A DNA stretch of 35,908 nucleotides from a virus (Duplodnaviria; Caudoviricetes), in the IMG/VR virus record IMGVR_UViG_3300017589_000136, positions 1 through 35,908 of that record. One strand, given 5' to 3'. How positions within the stretch are numbered: position 1 is the stretch's first letter; each line of letters opens with the position of its first letter. This document shows positions 8,705-17,730 of the stretch, one piece after another. Made by a program: the position numbers and the translations under genes. The notes under the pieces are model-generated. The model made no database searches, was not told the origin of the DNA, and saw only the letters and a list, made by a program, of their open reading frames with translations.

Positions 8705-8931
8705 GCGCTTGCATCCTCCTTGGTTAGCTGTGCCAGGAATGCCGATACAATGCCAGCCATCGCAAACACTTTTATAAACCATGCCGGTATAAAAGACATG
8801 ATCTCTAGCGGTAGTTGGCTGTAGAATAGCGCCGCGGCGGTGGACGCTCCGGAAATGGCAAGCGATACATTTCGGATGCGCTTAAATACCCTTGGGGTTT
8901 TAGCCCTCAAACGTTGAACTATCTTTTCCAC
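8701..8931 (-). CDS. Putative holin
   Basis: 76 aa, basic N-terminus, two hydrophobic helices, adjacent to the endolysin. Confidence 0.7.
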   Translation of the reverse strand: MEKIVQRLRAKTPRVFKRIRNVSLAISGASTAAALFYSQLPLEIMSFIPAWFIKVFAMAGIVSAFLAQLTKEDASA

Positions 8932-8943
8932 GGTGTATTGATT

Positions 8944-9486
8944 TTAAATGATAACTTTTTTAGCGATACTGTAACGGGCCATCCTGTCGTCAAGTCCGTT
9001 GTATCCACCATTAATTTTTTTGGTAATGGCCTTAATATCGTCCTGGTCTGCAAGTGTGCTTAGTCCGCGGGATTGCCAAAACCATGCAGCTGACTTTACC
9101 GCATTTTCAGGTAATTCTAGTAGCGTTGGATTATCGAGCAAGCGCCTGTCGCCAAATAGGGCGAGGCTGCACTTTTCGTAGTTTGCTCGGCCAGTGATTT
9201 GGATAAGCCCGCGTCCTTTAAACTTCGCTCCATCACCATCTTTTTCCGGGGTATTCCCAAGTCGTTTTGCTAAGTTGCCAGTGTCATAGCTTTCGCCGCT
9301 GGCAATCTCACGAACATATTGAAATGAGCCGCTTTCGTGAGCTAGCTGAGCAATGAAATGCCTCACCCGTAAAGGTGTTGATATGCCATAGCCTGCCATG
9401 AATTGGTTTAGAAGTGGCACGTATTGGGCTATTGTAGCCCGCTTAGTTGCTGGGCAAATGCTTCTTAAAATCTCCTCAGTTATCAT
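8944..9486 (-). CDS. Endolysin, glycoside hydrolase family 19
   Basis: FIAQLAHESG, YVREIASG, FKGRGLIQITGRANY and INGGYNGL motifs. Confidence 0.92.
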   Translation of the reverse strand: MITEEILRSICPATKRATIAQYVPLLNQFMAGYGISTPLRVRHFIAQLAHESGSFQYVREIASGESYDTGNLAKRLGNTPEKDGDGAKFKGRGLIQITGRANYEKCSLALFGDRRLLDNPTLLELPENAVKSAAWFWQSRGLSTLADQDDIKAITKKINGGYNGLDDRMARYSIAKKVII

Positions 9487-9779
9487 TTCAGCTCAAATGT
9501 TAGGTTAAAATCTCCGCTACTCATATCAAAGCCCGTGACTTTATAGCCGTCGGCCTTGAGGTTTATGTCTATTTCCCGCTTTAGCGAGTCAATGCTTGTG
9601 TTTTGCTTCTTTAGGTAGTTCACTAGGCCAACGCCAAGCATGGGAAACTCCTTAAACTCCCCCTTGCACGCCGAGACGAGCAGCTCAACCGACTGCGCAT
9701 CGCTCACGCCAACCGCAAGGCCTCCGCCCTCCACTAGCAAGTCCCCGTCGGCTCCAAGTAATAATCCCTTCCGTTCCAT
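9483..9779 (-). CDS. Baseplate sheath-initiator (gp25/gpW/gp46-like)
   Basis: GEFKEFPMLGVGL motif; follows the spike gene. Confidence 0.72.
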   Translation of the reverse strand: MERKGLLLGADGDLLVEGGGLAVGVSDAQSVELLVSACKGEFKEFPMLGVGLVNYLKKQNTSIDSLKREIDINLKADGYKVTGFDMSSGDFNLTFELK

Positions 9780-10342
9780 CAGTGCTTTACCTTTTCGTTT
9801 TCTAGCGATGAGAAGTTCTCCTTATCTGTCAGCGCAGCAAGCGCGGCATTGATTGACGCAATGAGCGCCGCGCCGCCGTCCTGCGCCACAGGTGTGCCAC
9901 CGTTCAGCGCGCTAATAATGCCGTCAACCCGTGCAGTTAGCTTGTTTAGCTGGGCTTCGAGCACTTTGGCCTTAACCAAGCCGCCAAGCTTGCCACCGTT
10001 AAGGATTACGCCCTCGGCGTTCCATAGGAGGCTTACTTCGCCAACCTTGCCGCTAACTTCCTCCACTTCGGTGGCCGTTAGCACAAAGGCATCCGCGGGC
10101 TGCCCCTCCACCAGCGCGCAGAGAACTCTGCTTCCTGACCTCGGGAAAATGGTTACCAGGTTATCTCCCGGATTTAGTATGGCGCTAAGCCGAACATCAA
10201 AGAGCGCTGGTAGGTCTTCGCGCTCTACAGTGCAAGTCCTTTCCGTTTTATTCACCTCTGTTACCGTTCCTTCGGTAACCTGCATTGGAATCGCCTTTGC
10301 CACTATTGCCCTAACGGCTTGCTCGAATAGCGTTTCGTTCAT
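9779..10342 (-). CDS. Baseplate spike (gpV/gp45-like)
   Basis: OB-fold-like N-terminus GTVTEVN...PRSGSRVLC; follows the hub gene. Confidence 0.72.
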   Translation of the reverse strand: MNETLFEQAVRAIVAKAIPMQVTEGTVTEVNKTERTCTVEREDLPALFDVRLSAILNPGDNLVTIFPRSGSRVLCALVEGQPADAFVLTATEVEEVSGKVGEVSLLWNAEGVILNGGKLGGLVKAKVLEAQLNKLTARVDGIISALNGGTPVAQDGGAALIASINAALAALTDKENFSSLENEKVKH

Positions 10343-11301
10343 ACCTTATAGCTTAGCTTGTTCTCGCGCTCAAACCCTTGCGTTAGGTCGTAGGTTATGG
10401 TCACGGCCTCTACTAGGTAATTTCCAGCCCGATCCGGTTCCTCCTTATCCTTAATCAAAAGCGAGTCACCCGCCTTTGTTCTTGGGGTGCCAAACCCTGT
10501 AATGCTGCCCGTATAGCCGTCAAAGCTTAGGCTTTTATACCACTTGTCGGCGTAGGTTTGTAGGTCGGCTTGGCTTAGCCCAGGAATGGACGCTTCGTAA
10601 ACGGCACCGTTCTCCCCATTTGCTCCAGCCCCGACCTCCGCTTTTAACTTTTTGCCGTTGCGCTGCGTAGACGTTACCCTAACCCGCACCTTGCAGTCCT
10701 CTGCACGCTGGTATTTTAAGCCGTTTCCGTTCTTAACCGTTGGGGTGTAGAAGGTGTAGGTGTGCTTTTCCCCGGTTCCTCTCATATCGTAGGGGAACTG
10801 GCACGTTATCGAACGCTCCCGAACAATGGCAATAAGCCCAAACTTCTGCTGTATCTCCATGAGGACGCGAAAAGCGCTCATGTTGGCAACCTGAAACTTC
10901 CCAAGGTTGATGTCTGGGCATTGAATAGCGTAGCCAGAGGCAACATGCAGCAACACCTCCCTAAGCGTTACAGCTGGCCAGCTGTGGCAGTAGTTAGTTC
11001 TCTTTAGCGGGTATAGCCCGTCATCAAGGTGAAGCACGAGGGGTGCACCACCCTCTACCTGCCGAACAAAGCCGCTGAACTCCTCCATAAGATTTCCGTC
11101 ATACCCCAGCCAAATTGTTACAGGGTCGCCGCTCTTAATAAGGTCCAGCACGCTTTTCCCGTTGAGAAGGGCATAGCCGCGGGGCAGCGTTACGGTAGCT
11201 TTGCCTCCCAACTCCTTTACGCTTTCCTCAATGGTGATTTTATTGAAGTTGGTAAAGGTTAGATTACCCACCTGCATTTTGGCTTGCGGCTCTAAGTACA
11301 T
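10339..11301 (-). CDS. Baseplate hub (gpD/gp44-like)
   Basis: GDPVTIWLGYDG..EFSGFV, GYTGSITGFG and GNYLVEAV motifs; position. Confidence 0.8.
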   Translation of the reverse strand: MYLEPQAKMQVGNLTFTNFNKITIEESVKELGGKATVTLPRGYALLNGKSVLDLIKSGDPVTIWLGYDGNLMEEFSGFVRQVEGGAPLVLHLDDGLYPLKRTNYCHSWPAVTLREVLLHVASGYAIQCPDINLGKFQVANMSAFRVLMEIQQKFGLIAIVRERSITCQFPYDMRGTGEKHTYTFYTPTVKNGNGLKYQRAEDCKVRVRVTSTQRNGKKLKAEVGAGANGENGAVYEASIPGLSQADLQTYADKWYKSLSFDGYTGSITGFGTPRTKAGDSLLIKDKEEPDRAGNYLVEAVTITYDLTQGFERENKLSYKV

Positions 11302-11303
11302 GG

Positions 11304-11951
11304 CTACCCTCCAACAGTTACAAGCTCCAGCGGTGTGGTGCTGGTGGCATCGACGCTAAACTTCACAGTGTCGGCGTAGCCCTCCACGAAGCTGATGTCG
11401 AGCCCATCCTCTAGGAATAGCTCGGTTATACCCAAATCGGAAAAAATGGTGCCCTCCACCTTGAAAGTTCCCGGCTCTTCAAACATATTGTGCACCTCCC
11501 TTAGCATGCGCTGGGGGTACTGGTGGCCGTCCATGTCTATCAAAATGCCTTGCACTTTTACGGCGTAAGGCTTGAGGCCGAAATACTCAATAACCTCTAC
11601 TTCGCTTCGGTCGATGGCTGTTTTAACCACGTTTTTTCCCCGCGAAAAGGAGAGCATGAGCGGTGGGGCAAGAAACTGCCGATCCTTACCGTAGGTGCTG
11701 TCGAACCCAAAGCGGTAAACGTTTCCGCTTTTGGAGTTCGTCAGCGTAACTTCGGCAAAGGAGGTGCTGGCAACCTCAAACACCTGTATTGGCTCGTCGG
11801 AACCGGGGCCACTCGCGTTGGTGGAGTATTGGGGCAAGTGCTTAAGCACCGACCACAGGCGGTTGCCCGCGGCTATGGCCACGTTGCCCGCCACGTAGCC
11901 GAATGACTGCTGGTAGCGTGCCAGTATACCGTTTATGCTTAGTGTTCCCAT
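11304..11951 (-). CDS. Tail tube initiator-like protein (DUF6046-like)
   Basis: KNVVKTAI..VIEY...VKVQGIL pattern; upstream of the hub gene. Confidence 0.65.
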   Translation of the reverse strand: MGTLSINGILARYQQSFGYVAGNVAIAAGNRLWSVLKHLPQYSTNASGPGSDEPIQVFEVASTSFAEVTLTNSKSGNVYRFGFDSTYGKDRQFLAPPLMLSFSRGKNVVKTAIDRSEVEVIEYFGLKPYAVKVQGILIDMDGHQYPQRMLREVHNMFEEPGTFKVEGTIFSDLGITELFLEDGLDISFVEGYADTVKFSVDATSTTPLELVTVGG

Positions 11952-12154
11952 TTTATTCCTGTTAGCCCTTTTTCAGACAGCCATTCCACCTGCCTGTATT
12001 TTTCCATCCAAACCTCGTCATCCAGCTCCTCCGGGAAGGGAATGTGCAAGTAAAATGATAAGAGCGCGTTGCCCTTCCGGATAAAGTTGGAGATTTCCCT
12101 ACGCTGGCTATCCTCGTCATCGACTAAGTCAATGGGCGGGTAGCCAGCTACAAG
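11939..12154 (-). CDS. -1 frameshift extension of the tail assembly chaperone (gpGT-like); absent from the ORF track
   Basis: Open -1 frame of 71 codons (LVAGYPPIDLVDDED...HIPFPEELDDEVWMEKYRQVEWLSEKG...WEH*) entered at A-AAA-AAC (12160-12154). Confidence 0.85.
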   Translation of the reverse strand, partial: LVAGYPPIDLVDDEDSQRREISNFIRKGNALLSFYLHIPFPEELDDEVWMEKYRQVEWLSEKGLTGIKWEH

Positions 12155-12528
12155 TTTTTTATGAGCGCCTTTCTTACGGGGAGAAGGTTGGCAATGGCGT
12201 CAAATGCGCCGTAGAACAGCCCGTCGTTGGCCTTAACCTCGTCCTTGCTAGTAAGGAGGCACGCGTTGATAAGAATCTCCTTGGCCTTGTTTGGATCGCG
12301 GTCTACCCACTTTTCAAACTCCCCAACGATTTTCCGGTCAGGCACCCGCACGACGACGTCGAGGAATTCGTTTCCGTCATCGTCTTTGGGCAACGAAGCC
12401 CCCTTTACCTTGTCCTCGCCGTAGCGCTCCTTCCAAGCGGTTACCATTTCTTCGGTTACCCCCGCAGGGAGCACAGATGCCTTTTTCTTTGCGGCTGCCT
12501 TAGCGCCACCAGCTTCTTCTCTTTCCAT
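12148..12528 (-). CDS. Tail assembly chaperone (gpG-like)
   Basis: Follows the tube gene; ends ATA AAA AAC TTG TAG with a slippery heptamer. Confidence 0.82.
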   Translation of the reverse strand: MEREEAGGAKAAAKKKASVLPAGVTEEMVTAWKERYGEDKVKGASLPKDDDGNEFLDVVVRVPDRKIVGEFEKWVDRDPNKAKEILINACLLTSKDEVKANDGLFYGAFDAIANLLPVRKALIKNL

Positions 12529-12532
12529 AGCT

Positions 12533-12952
12533 TTAAACGTTATTGTATTTTACATCCAGCACAAACAGGGTGTACTGCTTTTTTAAGTCCATGTCCCCGC
12601 CAACTTCTCGCCCTTGGGTTTGGAATTTGGCACAAACGGTGTCGTTTATGATGTCATTTTCATCATTCACGTAGGTCACGTTTATATTAAAGGGTTTTAC
12701 GCTTAGCAGGTTTCCTCCTGCCGCCTTTTCAATGGCGCTGGCGGAGGCGAGCCGAAGCGTAATATCTCCGTTGTGGCTAATCTTTCCCATGCTGAAGGAG
12801 GACATTTCGTTCCCCCCTAGCGAGTGGTTCGCCTGGTGTTCCTGCTCGGTGTTGTAGTTCATGGCGGTAACCTCCCAATCCAGCCTCCCGAATAGCGTTA
12901 CCTGCACGTCCCCCGAGTCGTAGGCCTTTCCGTTCTTAATAATTCGAGCCAT
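12533..12952 (-). CDS. Tail tube protein
   Basis: 139 aa, coupled to the sheath gene; NGKAYDSGDVQV N-terminus. Confidence 0.8.
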   Translation of the reverse strand: MARIIKNGKAYDSGDVQVTLFGRLDWEVTAMNYNTEQEHQANHSLGGNEMSSFSMGKISHNGDITLRLASASAIEKAAGGNLLSVKPFNINVTYVNDENDIINDTVCAKFQTQGREVGGDMDLKKQYTLFVLDVKYNNV

Positions 12953-14214
12953 TACACGGTTGTTTTAAGGTTAATTACTCCCCTGATTTTCTCAATGGTA
13001 GCGGTTGGAACAACGGTGAAGGATACCTCCAGCTCCTTGTTTCCGCTAAATAGGTTTGATTCGGGGTTAACATGCGTTGCCCCATCGCTTACCTCCCCGT
13101 CTTTTGACATGCGGTCAAACGCTTGGTCGGCTATGCCCTCAAAGTATTTCACAACGCCCACGGGCAGTTTCCCTGTGGCAGAGTCTACGGGCACGGTTGA
13201 CTTAATCTTTGGCAGCAACTTTGCGCGTATAAGGCGGGATGCCTTGTTTACCGTGGCCCCATGGCCAATGGTTGAGATGGATATAAACCCATCGTCGTCA
13301 ACCTTGGATTGGGAGCATACGTGGTCGCCGTTCCAGCGAATCCCTGACACGCCCGTATAGGATACGCCAAAAACGTAGCCCTTTTGGTCGTAATCCGAAA
13401 GGTCGGCGTCTACCTCAGCAAGCGTCTTGTGGTTTGAAAGCCCGCCAGTAAGCCAAACTCCCCTTACCGCGTCGCTAATGACAAGCGTTTCCACCTCGCC
13501 AATGTTACGATTTACGGAAATGGACGCTTTCGTGCCCAGCATGGTTCCTACGTCCGCAAACTTTTTGCCGATGGCGTCCTGTGTTTCTGCGTAGTCCCAG
13601 TCCTGACCAGCGCACAGCGAAACGTGCGTAGCGCTGAGAATGTCCGCCCCGGCCGAAATGTTACGAAGGTCAAGCGCGGTGGCACCGGGAGCGGACAACC
13701 CGCGCCCCTCTAAGAAAACGTTAACAGGGCGGTCGGTATTCCAGCTCCACTCGTGAAGCGCCTGTGCCGGGGCTAGCGCCTCGCGCACTTTATCCTCTAA
13801 ACCGTCGACAACGGTTGGAACATAACCCGTAGCGGGGTTAAAAGCTACGCCAACGTAAAACACGCTTCCCCCGGAGGCTACGATCAGCGCTTGCCCCAGC
13901 TCCTCAATTAGGTTTTTCATGGTTTTACCCGTGGCGCCTACGGCTATGTATAGTTTTTTGCCAGTGCCTGCCATGCGGTAAAACTCCGAAATGTGGCGGT
14001 GAACCCGCACGTTGTTTGTCTTGTCGTAAGCATCGGTAAGACCGAGTGCCTCAGCATCCGACAGCTTAGTTAGCGGGTAAACGGTTCCGTTTACAACTCC
14101 AGCGGCGGTAGCCGATGGCTCAACTGCTGGCCCGTTAACGATGAGCCCGCAAATGTTGTCAACGCTGCTGCTGGAGGATCCAACCTTACCCTTTTCTATT
14201 TTTACTGGTCTCAT
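12952..14214 (-). CDS. Tail sheath protein (DUF2586-like)
   Basis: 420 aa; HISEFYRMAG, NKASRLIRAKLLP and C-terminal VSFTVVP..I..I sheath pattern. Confidence 0.82.
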   Translation of the reverse strand: MRPVKIEKGKVGSSSSSVDNICGLIVNGPAVEPSATAAGVVNGTVYPLTKLSDAEALGLTDAYDKTNNVRVHRHISEFYRMAGTGKKLYIAVGATGKTMKNLIEELGQALIVASGGSVFYVGVAFNPATGYVPTVVDGLEDKVREALAPAQALHEWSWNTDRPVNVFLEGRGLSAPGATALDLRNISAGADILSATHVSLCAGQDWDYAETQDAIGKKFADVGTMLGTKASISVNRNIGEVETLVISDAVRGVWLTGGLSNHKTLAEVDADLSDYDQKGYVFGVSYTGVSGIRWNGDHVCSQSKVDDDGFISISTIGHGATVNKASRLIRAKLLPKIKSTVPVDSATGKLPVGVVKYFEGIADQAFDRMSKDGEVSDGATHVNPESNLFSGNKELEVSFTVVPTATIEKIRGVINLKTTV

Positions 14215-14219
14215 GGCGT

Positions 14220-14639
14220 CTAAGCGTTATCAATCGTTGCCTCAATGAGCTCGCGGGTGTGTTTTCTTACTCGCTCTTTTTCGCCTTTTTCGCTGAGCAG
14301 CGCAAGGTTATCCGAGGTAAAGAACTCACCGCTTTTGTTTTCCCACAGCACGTTGGCCTTGTTGGCATCCATAATGTCTAGGATTATTTTTGCCCGCGCG
14401 GTACTCTTCTTTTCTTGCTGCTTGTTCTTCTGCTTGCCCGCATTGGCGCTTTCGCCTTGCTGTTTTTCGTTTTCGTTTTCCTTTGGCTTGGTTTGGTTGG
14501 CCTCGCCTGAATCGCCTACGCCCGGCTTTCCCTGATCCTCTTTTGACGCGCCCCCGTTTTCTGCTGGCGCTGCGCCAGCGTTGCCCGGTTGCTGCTCGTT
14601 CAAGTTGTCTTCTCCTGGCTTGTTATCCTCTGGGTTCAT
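14220..14639 (-). CDS. Hypothetical protein, low-complexity N-terminus
   Basis: In-operon ORF, disordered N/E/K/G-rich half plus GEFFTSDNLA domain. Confidence 0.7.
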   Translation of the reverse strand: MNPEDNKPGEDNLNEQQPGNAGAAPAENGGASKEDQGKPGVGDSGEANQTKPKENENEKQQGESANAGKQKNKQQEKKSTARAKIILDIMDANKANVLWENKSGEFFTSDNLALLSEKGEKERVRKHTRELIEATIDNA

Positions 14640-14878
14640 TTTTTATACAAGGTTATAAGGGTTACTAATAGCGTGACAATTGCCGAGCCAATGCTCCAAG
14701 CGGCAGCGACAACCTGCATACGAGTTTCTAACTTTGCAACTCGCACGTGCAGGTCAATGTAGTCGGCTCCCAACTTTTCCACGTTTTTATTCATGACCTC
14801 CTGCCTGTCGGCCATAAGGATGAGCAGCTCACGCTGCGTTAGCTTACCGCTCTCTACTAGGTCATTTGGATGGCTCAT
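14636..14878 (-). CDS. Small coiled-coil protein with C-terminal TM helix
   Basis: 80 aa; coiled coil followed by VVAAAWSIGSAIVTLLVTLITLY. Confidence 0.65.
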   Translation of the reverse strand: MSHPNDLVESGKLTQRELLILMADRQEVMNKNVEKLGADYIDLHVRVAKLETRMQVVAAAWSIGSAIVTLLVTLITLYKK

Positions 14879-14903
14879 TGGCTCGGCTAATTATCGGTTT
14901 TAC

Positions 14904-15971
14904 CTAAACGCTTGCCGAAACAATGGCTCCGCGTGCTTCCTCGCGAGTTGGCATTACAATAAAGTTATGCCTAAAGTTGACGAGGTTTCGCTGGTTCTGT
15001 GGGTCGCTCTTGGCCTCGCTGAAATACATCTTAGTCCAGCCCTGCGCCTTGGCGGCTCTTTCCAGCGAAAAGAACACGGTGGCTTGCCGATCACCAGCAC
15101 CTGCCACTGCTCCAAACGCCTTTTTAGCCTTGGCTGCTACGGTGAAGTAGGGCATGTTGACGTAGTTGTGAAACTCAAACCCGTATCGGTTGTAGACTTG
15201 GCCGCTTACGGAAGAGTAAAACTGGTCTTTAAACTTTTCGTCACTCTCCAGCAGGTCGTTTAGGTGGTCGTTGCAGAGCACTAACCTACGCCCCTCGGCA
15301 GGAACTTCTAGCTTATCCAACTTTCTTTTCAAGGTAAGGATGTCAGGCCATACCAGCTTGCGCCTTCCCGTGCCGTCATCGGCACCCGTGGTTACAATTA
15401 CGGGCATCTTCTCGGTGTCTCCGCTTGGAGCCAGCGCGTGGATTGCCTTAGCAATTTTTGACTTGGCAATGGCCGAGGCGTGCTTATCCTTAACGGTGGC
15501 AATTTTTTCGTAGCTGAGGGCGTAGAGTTCGTCGTCGGTAACGGGCGTTACCTTCGTTTGATACTTGTCAAGCTGGATTACTATGTCCTCTTGGTCTAGC
15601 GCCTGTAGCGGAATTGGGTAGGTGGTGTTGTTGATGAGCACCTCTGGCTCTACGCCCATGTAAACGAGGTGAATCGCCTGCGCCTCATCACCCACCGCGC
15701 TAACGTAGCGGTCGTAGGCGGTTATGCCATCCAAGAAGGTTGCCTTTTCAGCCGTGCTAAGCGCTTTAACGACCTCGCCCGTCCAAACCTCCTTAAAAAC
15801 GGTTGCCATGGCCACACCGCCCATGAGGTTGAACGGAACAAACGACGCCGTAAAAAGAACGCCAATGGTGGGTAGCACGGGCAGAGATGCCGCCACCGCA
15901 ATGCCGCTACCCATTAACGCGCTAAAAAGCAGCGAGAGCACTACGGACTTTAAAATAACTAGTGATTTCAT
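14904..15971 (-). CDS. Major capsid protein with hydrophobic N-terminal extension
   Basis: Follows the protease/scaffold gene; KEVWTGE, LDKLEVPAEGRRLVLC and YGFEFH capsid-type motifs. Confidence 0.82.
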   Translation of the reverse strand: MKSLVILKSVVLSLLFSALMGSGIAVAASLPVLPTIGVLFTASFVPFNLMGGVAMATVFKEVWTGEVVKALSTAEKATFLDGITAYDRYVSAVGDEAQAIHLVYMGVEPEVLINNTTYPIPLQALDQEDIVIQLDKYQTKVTPVTDDELYALSYEKIATVKDKHASAIAKSKIAKAIHALAPSGDTEKMPVIVTTGADDGTGRRKLVWPDILTLKRKLDKLEVPAEGRRLVLCNDHLNDLLESDEKFKDQFYSSVSGQVYNRYGFEFHNYVNMPYFTVAAKAKKAFGAVAGAGDRQATVFFSLERAAKAQGWTKMYFSEAKSDPQNQRNLVNFRHNFIVMPTREEARGAIVSASV

Positions 15972-15990
15972 TTTTTATGGTTTTACTTGG

Positions 15991-17082
15991 TTAAACTTCT
16001 GGGTCAACTCCAAACTTTGCCTTGTAGAGCTGCTTAAACTTATCGGCGTTGGCCTTTGGCATGGCCTCCAGCTCCACCGGCGCTTTTGCTTGATACTCGT
16101 CAAAAGTCCAACTTTCGCTACCCTTAGCGTCCCCTCCGGTGCCTTTATCCCCTAGCTGGGAGCTAATAGGCTGGTAAACCTTCATATCGGCAAATACGGC
16201 GTTGAGCTCTTCGATTCCCAACTTTTCGCCACGGGCCACGTAACTTTCGCGCTGCTCCTTGGTGATTTTCTTTTCTTCTATAGCCTTATCCACCGAAGCC
16301 TCAATGGCCTTTTTGGTTACGGCCTTTGCCGTATCGTCCCCGGCCTTAATTTTTGCATCAATGGCGGCCATCACCTCCTCGTCCGAGCTGTTGGCGGTTA
16401 CGGTAGTCAGGCCATACCTGTTAATCAGTACTTCCTTGTTCATGTTGCTTTTTATTATTGGTTCGTTTGATAAAAGGCAAGCGGTAAATTTGTTGTAAAC
16501 CCCTTGCGCGCCTAGCGCGCTTAAGTCCTCCTTTTCAATTTTCGGAATTGGGGCTTTTGCAGCAAACTTATCGTTAACCAAGCCCAATGCGATACACTCG
16601 TCAGCGTCAAACCAGTAGTCGGTGCCATCCATCCAAGCGGCCACCTCCTGCTCGCTCTTTCCTGTTCGCTCGGTGAGCTTGGTGCGGAAATTTTTCTCAA
16701 TAGACCTTAATAGTTTGGCCGCCTGTTCTAGCTGTTTGGCTGTTCCTTGGGCACCACCCTGCGGGGCGTGCAGCATTACAAAACCGTTCTCTACAATGTG
16801 GATTCGAACCCCGGCCGTCATAATCACGCCTCCCATCGAGGCGGCTACGCCATCGATGTAAATGTCCACCTCGCCCTTGAAGCCTGCTATAAAGTTGTAG
16901 ATTAGGTTTCCCTCAAAAACAGAGCCTCCGTAGGTGTGTAGGTGAAAGTCCAGCTTGGTGTAACCTGCAGTGGCTATTTCATCAAGCGCGGAGGATACCG
17001 CCCTAAAGTCTAAATACATTCCACCCACGTAGCCGTAGATGGTTAGCACTGCCTTGTCTGTCTGTTTTTCTAACTTAAACAT
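15991..17082 (-). CDS. ClpP-like prohead protease fused to scaffold
   Basis: TYGGSVFEG, GVAASMGG (Ser), MLHAP (His), DYWFDADEC..LGLVN; helical scaffold-like C-terminus. Confidence 0.9.
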   Translation of the reverse strand: MFKLEKQTDKAVLTIYGYVGGMYLDFRAVSSALDEIATAGYTKLDFHLHTYGGSVFEGNLIYNFIAGFKGEVDIYIDGVAASMGGVIMTAGVRIHIVENGFVMLHAPQGGAQGTAKQLEQAAKLLRSIEKNFRTKLTERTGKSEQEVAAWMDGTDYWFDADECIALGLVNDKFAAKAPIPKIEKEDLSALGAQGVYNKFTACLLSNEPIIKSNMNKEVLINRYGLTTVTANSSDEEVMAAIDAKIKAGDDTAKAVTKKAIEASVDKAIEEKKITKEQRESYVARGEKLGIEELNAVFADMKVYQPISSQLGDKGTGGDAKGSESWTFDEYQAKAPVELEAMPKANADKFKQLYKAKFGVDPEV

Positions 17083-17107
17083 GCGTTGTTTCTTGCGTTT
17101 GCTGATG

Positions 17108-17217
17108 CAAGATTAAGGCCTTCGCAAGTTCCCCGCAAGCACTTGTGCAAGGCTTACACAAAACGCTGCAAGCCTTGCACAATCAATCGTCCCGCCGTTA
17201 TTTAAAAAGCATTTTTG
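17108..17217. promoter_or_regulatory. Symmetric divergent late promoters with central palindrome
   Basis: Inverted repeat TTGTGCAAGGCTT (17143-17155) / AAGCCTTGCACAA (17170-17182); near-consensus -7 boxes TAATCTTG (-, 17115-17108) and CATTTTTG (+, 17210-17217), equidistant from the dyad. Confidence 0.75.
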
Positions 17218-17230
17218 CAAGAAAAAGGGT

Positions 17231-17728
17231 ATGGCTAAGGAAAAGGAGATGCGGCTCGCGCGCATCTTGTACGTGGAGCAGGGCAAAACAGCCAAGGATA
17301 CAGCCGAGCTGGCTAGAGTATCCGAGGCTACCGTTTCCAAGTGGGTAAACAAGTTCAACTGGAAAGGGCAGCGCGCCGCACGTCTTTCCGCTCCCACCGC
17401 GCGCTCGGAGAACATCAAGCAAATCATTAACCAGCTCACGGAGGACCGGATTCAGTATAGCCAGGAGCAGAGGGAGGCCGAGCACAGTAAGGACGCCAAG
17501 CTAGTAATGGAGCTATTCCGCAAGATAGCGCAGGTTGATGACGCGGTGAGCAAGTGGAATAAGACGCTAACCACCATTGACAAGGAGAACCGCATCACGC
17601 TATCGGTTTACCTACAGGTTATGGAAATGCTGTTCGACGAGCTTAAGCGCTTCGACGAAACGCTTTACATCAAAATGCTGGATTTTCAGGAGGTGCATTT
17701 AAACGACGTTTCATTAAGGTTTAAATAG
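17231..17728 (+). CDS. Terminase small subunit (HTH, DUF1804-like)
   Basis: N-terminal HTH AKDTAELARVSEATVSKWV; precedes the large subunit. Confidence 0.78.
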   Translation: MAKEKEMRLARILYVEQGKTAKDTAELARVSEATVSKWVNKFNWKGQRAARLSAPTARSENIKQIINQLTEDRIQYSQEQREAEHSKDAKLVMELFRKIAQVDDAVSKWNKTLTTIDKENRITLSVYLQVMEMLFDELKRFDETLYIKMLDFQEVHLNDVSLRFK

Positions 17729-17730
17729 CC

